The notes: a model not told the origin generated them from the sequence alone. 12,468 nt of DNA from Candidatus Zixiibacteriota bacterium (GCA_029932605.1 JAOZPT010000064.1:1-12468); one strand, 5' to 3'. Counted from the first letter of the stretch, positions 1 through 7,434 are shown. Numbers and translations: made by a program.

Positions 1-459
1 AAATGTCTCCTGCAGTATATTGTAATCTCGTACCTTTTTGTTATAAAACATCCTCGTTTGAGCAATCTCAGTCTCGATCTCTGAAAGCTGACTTTGTAAA
101 TCCCTGAAGTTACTATCAGCCTTAAGGTCAGGATAATTTTCTACCACTGCAAAAAGCGATTTCAAAGCGCTGGAAATCATTTCCGAGGCTTTGAATTTAT
201 CACCCGGGTCTTTTGCCGAAATCAAAGAGGCGCGCGAGGCGGTCACGTTTTCTAAAACACTTTTTTCATGTTTGGCATATCCCTTTACCGTTTCAACCAA
301 GTTGGGTATCAAATCTGCTCTCTTTGTCAGTAACACATCGATCTGGCTATAAGTCTCATCGACACTGTTTCTTAAAGAAATCAACCGGTTGTAAATGTAA
401 ATAACAATGAATATTGGCACACCAAACAAGATTAATAGAAATAAGATTATAATAGGCAT
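1..459 (-). CDS. lemA: LemA family protein (3' end truncated by window edge)
   Basis: Manual translation from ATG 459-457 is open to base 1: [76 protein letters not shown]...[46 protein letters not shown]. It has an N-terminal TM helix and the LemA motifs RxDLIPNLVxTVKGYAxHE and [16 protein letters not shown] abuts the purE stop. Not in the ORF track. Confidence 0.95.
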   Translation of the reverse strand, partial: MPIIILFLLILFGVPIFIVIYIYNRLISLRNSVDETYSQIDVLLTKRADLIPNLVETVKGYAKHEKSVLENVTASRASLISAKDPGDKFKASEMISSALKSLFAVVENYPDLKADSNFRDLQSQLSEIETEIAQTRMFYNKKVRDYNILQETF

Positions 460-465
460 AAGCTT

Positions 466-936
466 CTACCTCTGAGCTAATTCTTCCTGATAACGTTTTA
501 ATTTTTCCACAATATGTTCATCATAAAGGCTGAGTATTCGAACTGCTAAAAGAGCTGAATTTTTTGCCCCATGTCCACCAATGGCCATTGTTGCCACTGG
601 TGTACCGGCTGGCATCTGGACAATCGAATACAAAGAATCGACACCGTTTAAAGCTGAACCTGGTATTGGCACCCCTATCACCGGGAGAGTCGTATGTGCA
701 GCAATGACCCCCGGTAGAGCCGCAGCCATCCCAGCCGCGGCAATAATAACTTTAAAACCTTTCGCTCTGGCGCTCTTGGCTAAATCTCTTGTCTTCTCCG
801 GATTCCGATGGGCTGAACCTATCTCGTATTCATAAGGAATACCAAACTTATCCAACAACGCCAGGCAACCAGCCATGGTTTCCTCATCGGATTTACTTCC
901 GAGAACTACTAATACCTGAGGATTATTGTTATTCAA
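466..936 (-). CDS. purE: N5-carboxyaminoimidazole ribonucleotide mutase PurE
   Basis: Motifs GSxSD, SAHRxP, AGMAAALPG, PVIGVP and DSLYSIVQMPxGxPVAT. The TTG start overlaps the purD stop (TTGA, 933-936), with a GGGGTG RBS upstream. Confidence 0.97.
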   Translation of the reverse strand: MNNNNPQVLVVLGSKSDEETMAGCLALLDKFGIPYEYEIGSAHRNPEKTRDLAKSARAKGFKVIIAAAGMAAALPGVIAAHTTLPVIGVPIPGSALNGVDSLYSIVQMPAGTPVATMAIGGHGAKNSALLAVRILSLYDEHIVEKLKRYQEELAQR

Positions 937-2213
937 TAATCATTCACCCCCTTCTGTGCTCGCCAACCGATATCATGCCGAAAATATTTGTTCTCAAATT
1001 CTATCATATCAACCAATTCGTAAACATTTTTAATGGCTTCTTTAATACTGCCACCAAGAGCTGTAACATTCAATACCCTGCCACCGTTGGATATGATTTT
1101 ACCATCATCGCGTCTTGTGCCAGCATGGAACACTATCCCCCCATTCTCCGTTACTTTCTCAAGCCCCTTTATAACCTTATTTGTTTCATACTTACCGGGA
1201 TAACCCTTAGAGGCTAAGACAACACTAACCGCATATTTATCAGTCCATTTTATTTTATCGATATTAAGATATCCCTCCGTAATATTGATAAAAATCTCAG
1301 CCAGATCGCTTTCTAACAAGGGTAACACCACCTGAGTTTCGGGGTCACCAAAACGACAGTTATATTCTAAAACCTTAACATCTTTTTTAGAAAGCATTAA
1401 ACCAAAATACAAAACACCTTTATATGTCCTGTCTTCAGCAGCCAATCCTCTGATGGTGGGTTCAAGTATCTCCTCATAGATGGTTTTCATAATCATTGAA
1501 CTTATTACATTGGTTGGAGCATATGCTCCCATACCTCCAGTATTAGGACCCCTATCGCCATTATAAATCCGTTTGTGATCCTGCGATGAGACCATGGGCA
1601 CAATGTTCTTGCCATCTGTAAACGCCATCACAGTTACTTCTTCCCCCTCCAGATATTCCTCCACAACCAGTTTCATGCCCGCAGCACCAAATACTTTCTG
1701 TACCATAATCTTCTCAACAGCCCTACATGCCTCATCAACATCATTACAAACCACAGCGCCTTTACCAGCGGCCAAACCATCCGCTTTTATAACCAGTGGA
1801 TAACCAGCCGATTTAACAAAATCTAAAACATCAAAATGTTTGGAAAATATCTTAAAGCTGGCTGTTGGGATATGATATTTTTTCATAAATTCTTTTGCAA
1901 AAGCCTTACTGCCCTCAATCAACGACGCTTCTTTCGAAGGGCCAAATATCTTTAAGCCGCGACTTTCAAACTCATCGACTATACCAATTGTCAGGGGCAT
2001 TTCTGGTCCAACCACTGTCAAATCTACTTTGTTCTTCTGGGCAAAATCTGCCAGGCCTTTAAGATCATCAACCTGAATATCAACACACTCCCCGATATAA
2101 CTTATGCCAGCATTGCCCGGAGCTGCGTATATCTTCTTAATGCCTCTTGATTGAGATAACTTCCAGCAAATAGCATGTTCCCTACCTCCCTTTCCAACCA
2201 CCAGAACTTTCAT
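933..2213 (-). CDS. purD: Phosphoribosylamine-glycine ligase (GAR synthetase)
   Basis: Motifs GxGGREHA, APGNAG, VVGPE, EGSKAFAKEFM, KADGLAAGKG, QDHKR, GPNTGGMGAY, EYNCRFGDPETQ, FHAGT and GGRVL. RBS GAGGTG upstream of the ATG. Confidence 0.98.
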   Translation of the reverse strand: MKVLVVGKGGREHAICWKLSQSRGIKKIYAAPGNAGISYIGECVDIQVDDLKGLADFAQKNKVDLTVVGPEMPLTIGIVDEFESRGLKIFGPSKEASLIEGSKAFAKEFMKKYHIPTASFKIFSKHFDVLDFVKSAGYPLVIKADGLAAGKGAVVCNDVDEACRAVEKIMVQKVFGAAGMKLVVEEYLEGEEVTVMAFTDGKNIVPMVSSQDHKRIYNGDRGPNTGGMGAYAPTNVISSMIMKTIYEEILEPTIRGLAAEDRTYKGVLYFGLMLSKKDVKVLEYNCRFGDPETQVVLPLLESDLAEIFINITEGYLNIDKIKWTDKYAVSVVLASKGYPGKYETNKVIKGLEKVTENGGIVFHAGTRRDDGKIISNGGRVLNVTALGGSIKEAIKNVYELVDMIEFENKYFRHDIGWRAQKGVNDY

Positions 2214-2236
2214 TTACCACCTCACTTTTCTAAAAT

Positions 2237-2265
2237 AGATTAAAGCTTGAATACGCCAATATCAA
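2237..2265 (-). promoter_or_regulatory. Putative sigma70 promoter for purD-purE-lemA
   Basis: Minus strand TTGATA (2265-2260), 17 nt spacer, TAATCT (2242-2237), preceded by an A-tract. Confidence 0.6.
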
Positions 2266-2281
2266 GTCTTTTTTATAAAAA

Positions 2282-2319
2282 TGGTGAAACAATTTGGACC
2301 TTAATAGGTCAAAACACCA
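2282..2319. repeat. Imperfect inverted repeat in the divergent purD/yhhQ intergenic region
   Basis: Inner GACCT-taat-AGGTC (2297-2310) flanked by T-run/A-run, with outer TGGTG (2282-2286) and CACCA (2315-2319). Confidence 0.45.
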
Positions 2320-2390
2320 ATAATTTTTCTGTATAATCAAATAAAATCTGAATAAAAATATATTCTGTCTCCCTATATCATTCAAACATA

Positions 2391-2419
2391 TTGACCTTGT
2401 TGATAAATAATAATATAAT
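2391..2419 (+). promoter_or_regulatory. Near-consensus sigma70 promoter for yhhQ
   Basis: TTGACC (2391-2396), 17 nt spacer, TATAAT (2414-2419). Confidence 0.75.
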
Positions 2420-2479
2420 CCATATTCATGAAAATATGATAAGAATAATTTACTGAAGGAGTTTTGCTCAGTTTAACCT

Positions 2480-3151
2480 ATGCCTAACGAACTAATATGG
2501 TTGTTAATGGCGATAATAGATTTTGTCGCTCTTTTAACAGTTTACAGGATATTTGGAAAAGACGGATTGTATGTTGCCATTGTCATTTCCATTATCCTCT
2601 GTAACATCCAGGTGCTTAAAATTGTGGAACTGTTCGGAGTCACAGCCACGCTGGGCAATATCCTATACGGTTCAATATTTTTATCTACGGATATTTTAAG
2701 TGAAAAATATGGTAAAAGACAGGCTCGCAAAGGCGTCTGGTTTGGTTTTTATGCTTTGATATTTACCACCATTATCATGCAAATAGCCCTTTTGTTCAAA
2801 CCTGCCGTTGATGATTTTATCAGCCCAGCCTTGCAGCAGATTTTCAGTTTCATGCCGCGGGTCGTCTTAGCCAGCATAACTGCTTATGTCATTAGCCAGC
2901 TTCATGATGTCTGGCTTTTCCATATACTAAAAAATAAAACAAAAGGTAAATATCTCTGGCTCCGTAACAACCTGACCACAATGACATCTCAGCTTATCGA
3001 CAGCGTAATATTCTGTTTTATCGCATTCTGGGGTGTCTTTCCGAATAATATCTTTATAGAGATACTTCTTACGACTTATTTTATAAAATGGTGCGTAGCG
3101 TTTTTAGATACGCCTTTTATTTATATTGCCAGAAGATTAAGAAATGACTGA
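2480..3151 (+). CDS. yhhQ: Queuosine precursor (preQ0/preQ1) transporter, YhhQ/VUT family
   Basis: 223-aa multi-TM protein with motifs NIQVxK, TLGNxxY, FLxTDILSExYGKxxAxK, RVVLASxxAYxxSQxxDV, LWLRNNxxTxxSQLIDS and DTPFIY. Confidence 0.93.
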   Translation: MPNELIWLLMAIIDFVALLTVYRIFGKDGLYVAIVISIILCNIQVLKIVELFGVTATLGNILYGSIFLSTDILSEKYGKRQARKGVWFGFYALIFTTIIMQIALLFKPAVDDFISPALQQIFSFMPRVVLASITAYVISQLHDVWLFHILKNKTKGKYLWLRNNLTTMTSQLIDSVIFCFIAFWGVFPNNIFIEILLTTYFIKWCVAFLDTPFIYIARRLRND

Positions 3152-3254
3152 TTTGAAATGGAAATCGGAATACATAGCCAAGAGATCGGGTTCCGAACGA
3201 AATGAATAACATTACATGTTACCGTAATATTAGACGTAAACCCAAATCAAAGAT

Positions 3255-3282
3255 TTGACATAAAATAACTTTTTGATATATT
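3255..3282 (+). promoter_or_regulatory. Putative sigma70 promoter for the LKR-SDH operon
   Basis: TTGACA (3255-3260), 16 nt spacer, TATATT (3277-3282) with a TGn extension. Confidence 0.65.
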
Positions 3283-3349
3283 GAATCATATTTAGCAGGA
3301 CACTAAACCTGTGGTAGTTGAAATAGTAAATGTTTGGGAGGGATAGATA

Positions 3350-4651
3350 GTGCGAATAGGAATTAGAAGAGAAAACAAAAACGAGTGGGAGAGGAGAACT
3401 CCGCTCACGCCTGATGATGTTGGCAGGCTCATAAAGGATGGAATCGAAATATGGCTCCAGCCCTCGCCCATCAGAATTTTCACCGACGAGGAATATAAAA
3501 ATGTCGGTGCTGTTATAAGTGAAGATTTATCCACATGTCCCATCATCCTCGCCCTAAAGGAAATCCCCACAGGCTTACTTGAATCGGGTAAGACTTATAT
3601 TTTTTTCTCCCACACCATTAAAGGGCAGAAACATAACATGCCCATGCTGAAAAGAATGATGGAATTAAAATGCCAGCTTATCGACTATGAACTTATCGCC
3701 AATGATAAAGGCCAGCGCCTGATATTCTTCGGAAATTACGCTGGACTCGCTGGAATGATCGATACCTTCTGGGCTTTGGGGAAACGATTGGAATGGGAAG
3801 GTATTCCTAACTTTTTTAGCGCAATCAAACTTGCTCACGAATATAAAAGTCTAAAAGAAGCAAAATCATATATTGCAGAGACCGCAGACAGGGTTCAAAA
3901 TGAGGGTATCCCTTTCGTTTTATCACCGCTGATTTGTGGTTTTGCAGGATATGGCAATGTCTCCCAGGGGGCTCAGGAAATCTTCGACCTTTTTCCCCAC
4001 GAACAGGTGACACCCTCAGAGATCACCTCTATAACCGCTTTATCAAAATCTGCTCAGAACAAGTTGTTCAAGGTTGTTTTCAAAGAAGAGGATATGGTCG
4101 AACCACTCGATCCTGCCGGAAATTTCGAACTGCAGGATTATTATAAAAACCCCCGGAAATACCGACCCCGTTTCGAAAACTATCTGCCCTACTTAACTAT
4201 ACTGGTAAACTGCATCTATTGGGATGCACGTTACCCCCGGTTAGTAACTTTAGACTATCTCAAGCACGCATATTCCAAACCTCATCCTCCACCTCTGAGA
4301 ATCATCGGCGATATCTCATGCGACATCGAAGGTTCTATACAGTGCACAGTTAAAGCCACTAATCCTGGAAATCCTGTATATGTTTACAATCCCCTTAATT
4401 TCACCGTTACCGATGGCTGGAAAGGTTTCGGACCGGTTATAATGGCAGTTGACAATCTGCCATGCGAACTACCGAAAGAAGCCTCCGAATTCTTTGGCAA
4501 AGTGCTGATGCCCTTTATTCCTAAACTAATAAAGGCAGCCTTCGATGTGCCATTTGAAAAGCTAAATCTCCCTGATGAAATTCACCGAGCGGTGATTCTT
4601 CACAAAGGAGAGTTAACCCCAAAATATAAACATTTAAGCAAGTATCTTTAG
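3350..4651 (+). CDS. Lysine-ketoglutarate reductase / saccharopine dehydrogenase (L-lysine-forming), AASS N-terminal-domain-like (AlaDH/PNT fold)
   Basis: Motifs RRExxNxWERRxPLxP, QPSxxR, FFSHTIKxQxxNMxxL, LIDYE, FGxxAGxAGM, GxGNVSxGAQxIF, INxIYW-like VNCIYW, DISCDxxGSI and VDNLPxxLPxEAxExFG occur in the order of the eukaryotic LKR domain. GTG start with a GGGAGG RBS. Confidence 0.9.
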   Translation: MRIGIRRENKNEWERRTPLTPDDVGRLIKDGIEIWLQPSPIRIFTDEEYKNVGAVISEDLSTCPIILALKEIPTGLLESGKTYIFFSHTIKGQKHNMPMLKRMMELKCQLIDYELIANDKGQRLIFFGNYAGLAGMIDTFWALGKRLEWEGIPNFFSAIKLAHEYKSLKEAKSYIAETADRVQNEGIPFVLSPLICGFAGYGNVSQGAQEIFDLFPHEQVTPSEITSITALSKSAQNKLFKVVFKEEDMVEPLDPAGNFELQDYYKNPRKYRPRFENYLPYLTILVNCIYWDARYPRLVTLDYLKHAYSKPHPPPLRIIGDISCDIEGSIQCTVKATNPGNPVYVYNPLNFTVTDGWKGFGPVIMAVDNLPCELPKEASEFFGKVLMPFIPKLIKAAFDVPFEKLNLPDEIHRAVILHKGELTPKYKHLSKYL

Positions 4652-4682
4652 AGATTATCCATGTAAACGATGAGGAGAAGTG

Positions 4683-6002
4683 ATGAAATCTATCTTAATC
4701 CTTGGAGCAGGATTAGTAACCAGGCCTTTGGTTCAATATCTTTTAAAACACGATTTTCGTGTGCGTATTGCCAGCCGCACCCTCAGCAAAGCCGAGAAAC
4801 TAATCGGTGACCACCCCAACGGCGAAGCCATACAATGGACTGTCGATAAAAAAGATGAATTAAGGAAAATGATTGGTGCCACCGATCTGACAGTTAGCCT
4901 TCTACCAGCAAACTATCATCCGCTGGTAGCTGAGATGTGTATTGAACTCGGTAAAAATATGGCAACCACATCTTATATCAGCCAAGCCATGAAAGCCCTT
5001 GATGAACCAGCCAAAAAAGCCGGTGTGGTTATCCTAAATGAAAGCGGTGTTGACCCCGGCATCGACCACATGTCCGCCATGCGTATCATCCACAGTGTAA
5101 AGGATAAGGGCGGTAAAGTCGTCAGTTTCATGTCTTACTGCGGTGGACTACCTGCCCCCGATGCCAACACAAACCCTTATGGTTATAAATTTTCCTGGAG
5201 TCCTAAAGGCGTTCTCCTGGCTGGGAAAAATGATGGTAAATACCGTAAAGATGGAAAAGAAATATTCGTTCCAGGAGCAAAACTTTTTTCCCACTTCTGG
5301 CATATCGACATCCCCGATATTGGCCAGCTGGAAGCATACCCTAACCGTGATTGCTTGGGCTATATCGACCTCTATGGACTGCAGGGAATCTCCACCATGT
5401 TCCGTGGCACACTACGTTACAAAGGTTGGTGTGACACCATGAAAGCCATCGTTGACCTTGGTTACCTTGACACGACCGAAAAAGATTGGACCGACAAAAC
5501 CTTCGTCGATTTAGGTTGGCAACTTCTGGGTAAAAAACCATCGGGCGACCTACGAACAGCTTTTGCTGAAAAGTTGAACATTCCCATAGATTCCTTTATC
5601 CTCAACAACTTCGAATGGTTAGGACTATTTTCCAGAGAACCTTTGCCGTTAAAAAAAGGCGGAGTTATAGACATCATGACCGCTCGCATGCTTGAAAAAA
5701 TGTCTTATAAAAACGGTGAACGTGACATGATTATCCTTTTCCATCATTTCATAGCTGAATTCCCAGGTGGGAAAAAAGAGGAAATAACCTCCACCCTGAT
5801 TGACTATGGCATACCTCATGGTGACAGCTCCATGTCCCGCACTGTTAGTTTACCCGCTGCTGTTGGAGCACGCTTGATATTAGAAGGAAAATTCACCAAA
5901 CCTGGCGTATGGGTGCCTGTAATCCCAGAACTATATAACCCCATCCTCGACGAACTTGAAACTATGGGTATCAAATGTAAGGAAGAGTCAAAAAAGTTGT
6001 GA
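4683..6002 (+). CDS. Saccharopine dehydrogenase (L-glutamate-forming) / saccharopine reductase, Lys9/AASS C-domain-like
   Basis: Rossmann GAGLVTRP plus SLLP, TTSY, NExGxDPGIDH, SYCGGLPAP, NPxGYKFSWS, AYPNRD, RGTLRY and GERDMxxL. ATG 4683 is preferred over GTG 4680 because of its spacing from RBS GAGGAG (4672-4677). Confidence 0.95.
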   Translation: MKSILILGAGLVTRPLVQYLLKHDFRVRIASRTLSKAEKLIGDHPNGEAIQWTVDKKDELRKMIGATDLTVSLLPANYHPLVAEMCIELGKNMATTSYISQAMKALDEPAKKAGVVILNESGVDPGIDHMSAMRIIHSVKDKGGKVVSFMSYCGGLPAPDANTNPYGYKFSWSPKGVLLAGKNDGKYRKDGKEIFVPGAKLFSHFWHIDIPDIGQLEAYPNRDCLGYIDLYGLQGISTMFRGTLRYKGWCDTMKAIVDLGYLDTTEKDWTDKTFVDLGWQLLGKKPSGDLRTAFAEKLNIPIDSFILNNFEWLGLFSREPLPLKKGGVIDIMTARMLEKMSYKNGERDMIILFHHFIAEFPGGKKEEITSTLIDYGIPHGDSSMSRTVSLPAAVGARLILEGKFTKPGVWVPVIPELYNPILDELETMGIKCKEESKKL

Positions 6003-6009
6003 CAATTAA

Positions 6010-6071
6010 CGGTTTTTACATTCGGTTCTATGATACTGGGTTGTCCCAATGTAAATAACTGGATATTTTTT
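6010..6071 (+). terminator. Possible terminator-like stem-loop after the SDH gene
   Basis: CGGTT-TTTACATT (6010-6022) can pair with AATGTAAA-(T)-AACTG (6048-6061). The 25-nt loop contains GGG-ttgt-CCC, and a T-run follows at 6066-6071. AT-rich stem and large loop are atypical. Confidence 0.35.
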
Positions 6072-6165
6072 CGGTTGAGATAATTATATGTTTTCCCAAT
6101 ATCAAGTTTTTTCATATTTAATTATGCATCCAATTGGTGTTATTATTAAGTGAAGTAAGAGTACG

Positions 6166-6909
6166 ATGTTTTGTCCTGTATGCAGGTCTGAATATGTCGA
6201 GGGAATCACCAGGTGTCATAATTGTAATGTCCCATTGGTAGAGGTATTACCTCTAAAACCTGAAATTCACACCAGATCAAATCTAAAATTAGCGACATTG
6301 CTGGTTATAATAGGCATTTCATATAATTTTGTTTTAAGAATTACAGGATCCTTTTTCCCCGATATTTTCAAAATTTTAATTGTAGCCCAAGTAACCAATA
6401 CGATGTCTTTAATTGCTAATTTAACCATCGTGTTTTTCTTTGTCTCCTTTTATAACGATTACGTTCACAAAGAACAAATGAGATTAAAAAAGGCAACAGG
6501 GTTAGCAATTGCCGGTTCCCTGTTAATGTTGCTGGTAAATATAAAAGGTTTATTGCTTGTTTTTAACATATCCTCTTATTTAAGTTCCTATCAGGTCAGG
6601 TCTCATTATATCGAGACCATAATACCCTGGGTAAGTTCCATATTTATCCTGATTTTCTTTATTATCTTTTATAAGGAAACTGTTCTTGATAAACTGATAA
6701 AGTTAAAAAAAGCTATCCTTTTAGCTATTATAGGCTCTTCAATCGGAATGTTATATCGAGCCTTTATCCTAATAAACTATCTTTACTCTTATAAGATTAT
6801 ATATTCCATAGAGTTATCAACTACAATTGTGATTATTCTCCTCCCAATATTCATATTTAGCTTTATAACCAGCTTATATTTCTTCTTCTGCTTTTATAAA
6901 GAACAATAA
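6166..6909 (+). CDS. Hypothetical membrane protein: N-terminal Zn-ribbon plus three tandem two-TM repeats
   Basis: CPxC...EY..G...CxxC...LV N-terminus, six hydrophobic segments, and a repeat unit LKxAxxLxIxG...FFxxFY(K/N)(E/D) starting at L40, L107 and L180. Confidence 0.8.
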   Translation: MFCPVCRSEYVEGITRCHNCNVPLVEVLPLKPEIHTRSNLKLATLLVIIGISYNFVLRITGSFFPDIFKILIVAQVTNTMSLIANLTIVFFFVSFYNDYVHKEQMRLKKATGLAIAGSLLMLLVNIKGLLLVFNISSYLSSYQVRSHYIETIIPWVSSIFILIFFIIFYKETVLDKLIKLKKAILLAIIGSSIGMLYRAFILINYLYSYKIIYSIELSTTIVIILLPIFIFSFITSLYFFFCFYKEQ

Positions 6910-6999
6910 TCGATAAGTTAATATTCTATATATAATTAACTAAACCCTGACAACCTTTTCGACACTGCCTACTAAGAACATGATTTTCCCCAATATAAT

Positions 7000-7143
7000 A
7001 GACTAACAAGCCCCTTAAAGAAGGTATCTTTGGTTGTTGGGGATGAGAGCTTGGGTTTACCTGAAGCGATTGGAAGGTCTTATGGAAACACTCCCTTACA
7101 GATCTACCCGTGACATCTATGCCAGGACCTGCGTGCAACTTAA
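7000..7143 (+). mobile_element. Degenerate IS256/Mutator-like DDE transposase fragment
   Basis: + frame reads RLTSPLKKVSLVVGDESLGLPEAIGRSYGNTPLQIYP*HLCQDL, resembling the family pattern LxxVxLxxxDxxxGLxxAIxxxYxxxxxQxCxxH. Single-base changes TAC>TGC and TGA>TGG restore QICPWH. Confidence 0.5.
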
Positions 7144-7176
7144 ATGGACTGTCTTTTACAGAAAGACAACGCTCGA

Positions 7177-7404
7177 ACCATTGATGGCAGGAGCGTCCGG
7201 TGCATCTGTACCCCGTTTTCGGTCCACATGGAAATGTAGAGGTCCAAATCTCCGGTATTACAAGCTATAGCATATTGGTTACCGATCTCTTTGACCACGG
7301 CGATGTCAGCTTTGACATCTACTTTTTTACCCCGCTGTTCACAACCAAAAATAAAACACAGAAAGAGAATTTAAAAATGCAAAATCAGAGTGCTATTTTT
7401 TTAT
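7177..7404 (-). pseudogene. Truncated, frameshifted paralogue of the adjacent NTF2/SnoaL-like lipoprotein gene
   Basis: GGGGAG RBS, then ATA AAA AAA TAG (decayed start). Then LFLCFIFGCEQRGKKVDVKADIAVVKEIGNQYAIACNTGDLDLYISMWTENGVQM, a 1-nt deletion at ~7202, then PDAPAING. Ungapped hand alignment gives 28/58 identities to the 7455-7958 protein, counting the repaired Pro. Confidence 0.88.
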
Positions 7405-7434
7405 CTTTTTTCTCCCCCTTTTGAATTTTATATT

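Noticed and set aside
3144..3209. 21-aa ORF MTDLKWKSEYIAKRSGSERNE overlapping the yhhQ stop
   Set aside because: No clear RBS or recognisable motif; length is compatible with chance.
3283..3349. Lysine riboswitch upstream of LKR
   Set aside because: The predicted leader is only about 60 nt with one weak hairpin (CAGG-N8-CCTG), far too short for the lysine aptamer.
4649..4685. Amber readthrough or frameshift fusing LKR and SDH into one AASS-like protein
   Set aside because: The TAG is followed in frame by AGA TTA TCC ATG TAA. SDH is in another frame and has its own GAGGAG RBS, and no slippery site is evident.
6088..6997. Imperfect direct repeat TTTTCCC(C)AATAT at ~6091 and ~6984 flanking the Zn-ribbon gene
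   Set aside because: Low complexity, requires an indel, and overlaps the promoter-like motif already reported. Not credible as a target-site duplication.
6926..7424. Track ORFs 6926-7138(-), 7034-7270(+) and 7200-7424(+)
   Set aside because: No RBS or family motifs. The region is better explained by the pseudogene and transposase relic in other frames.
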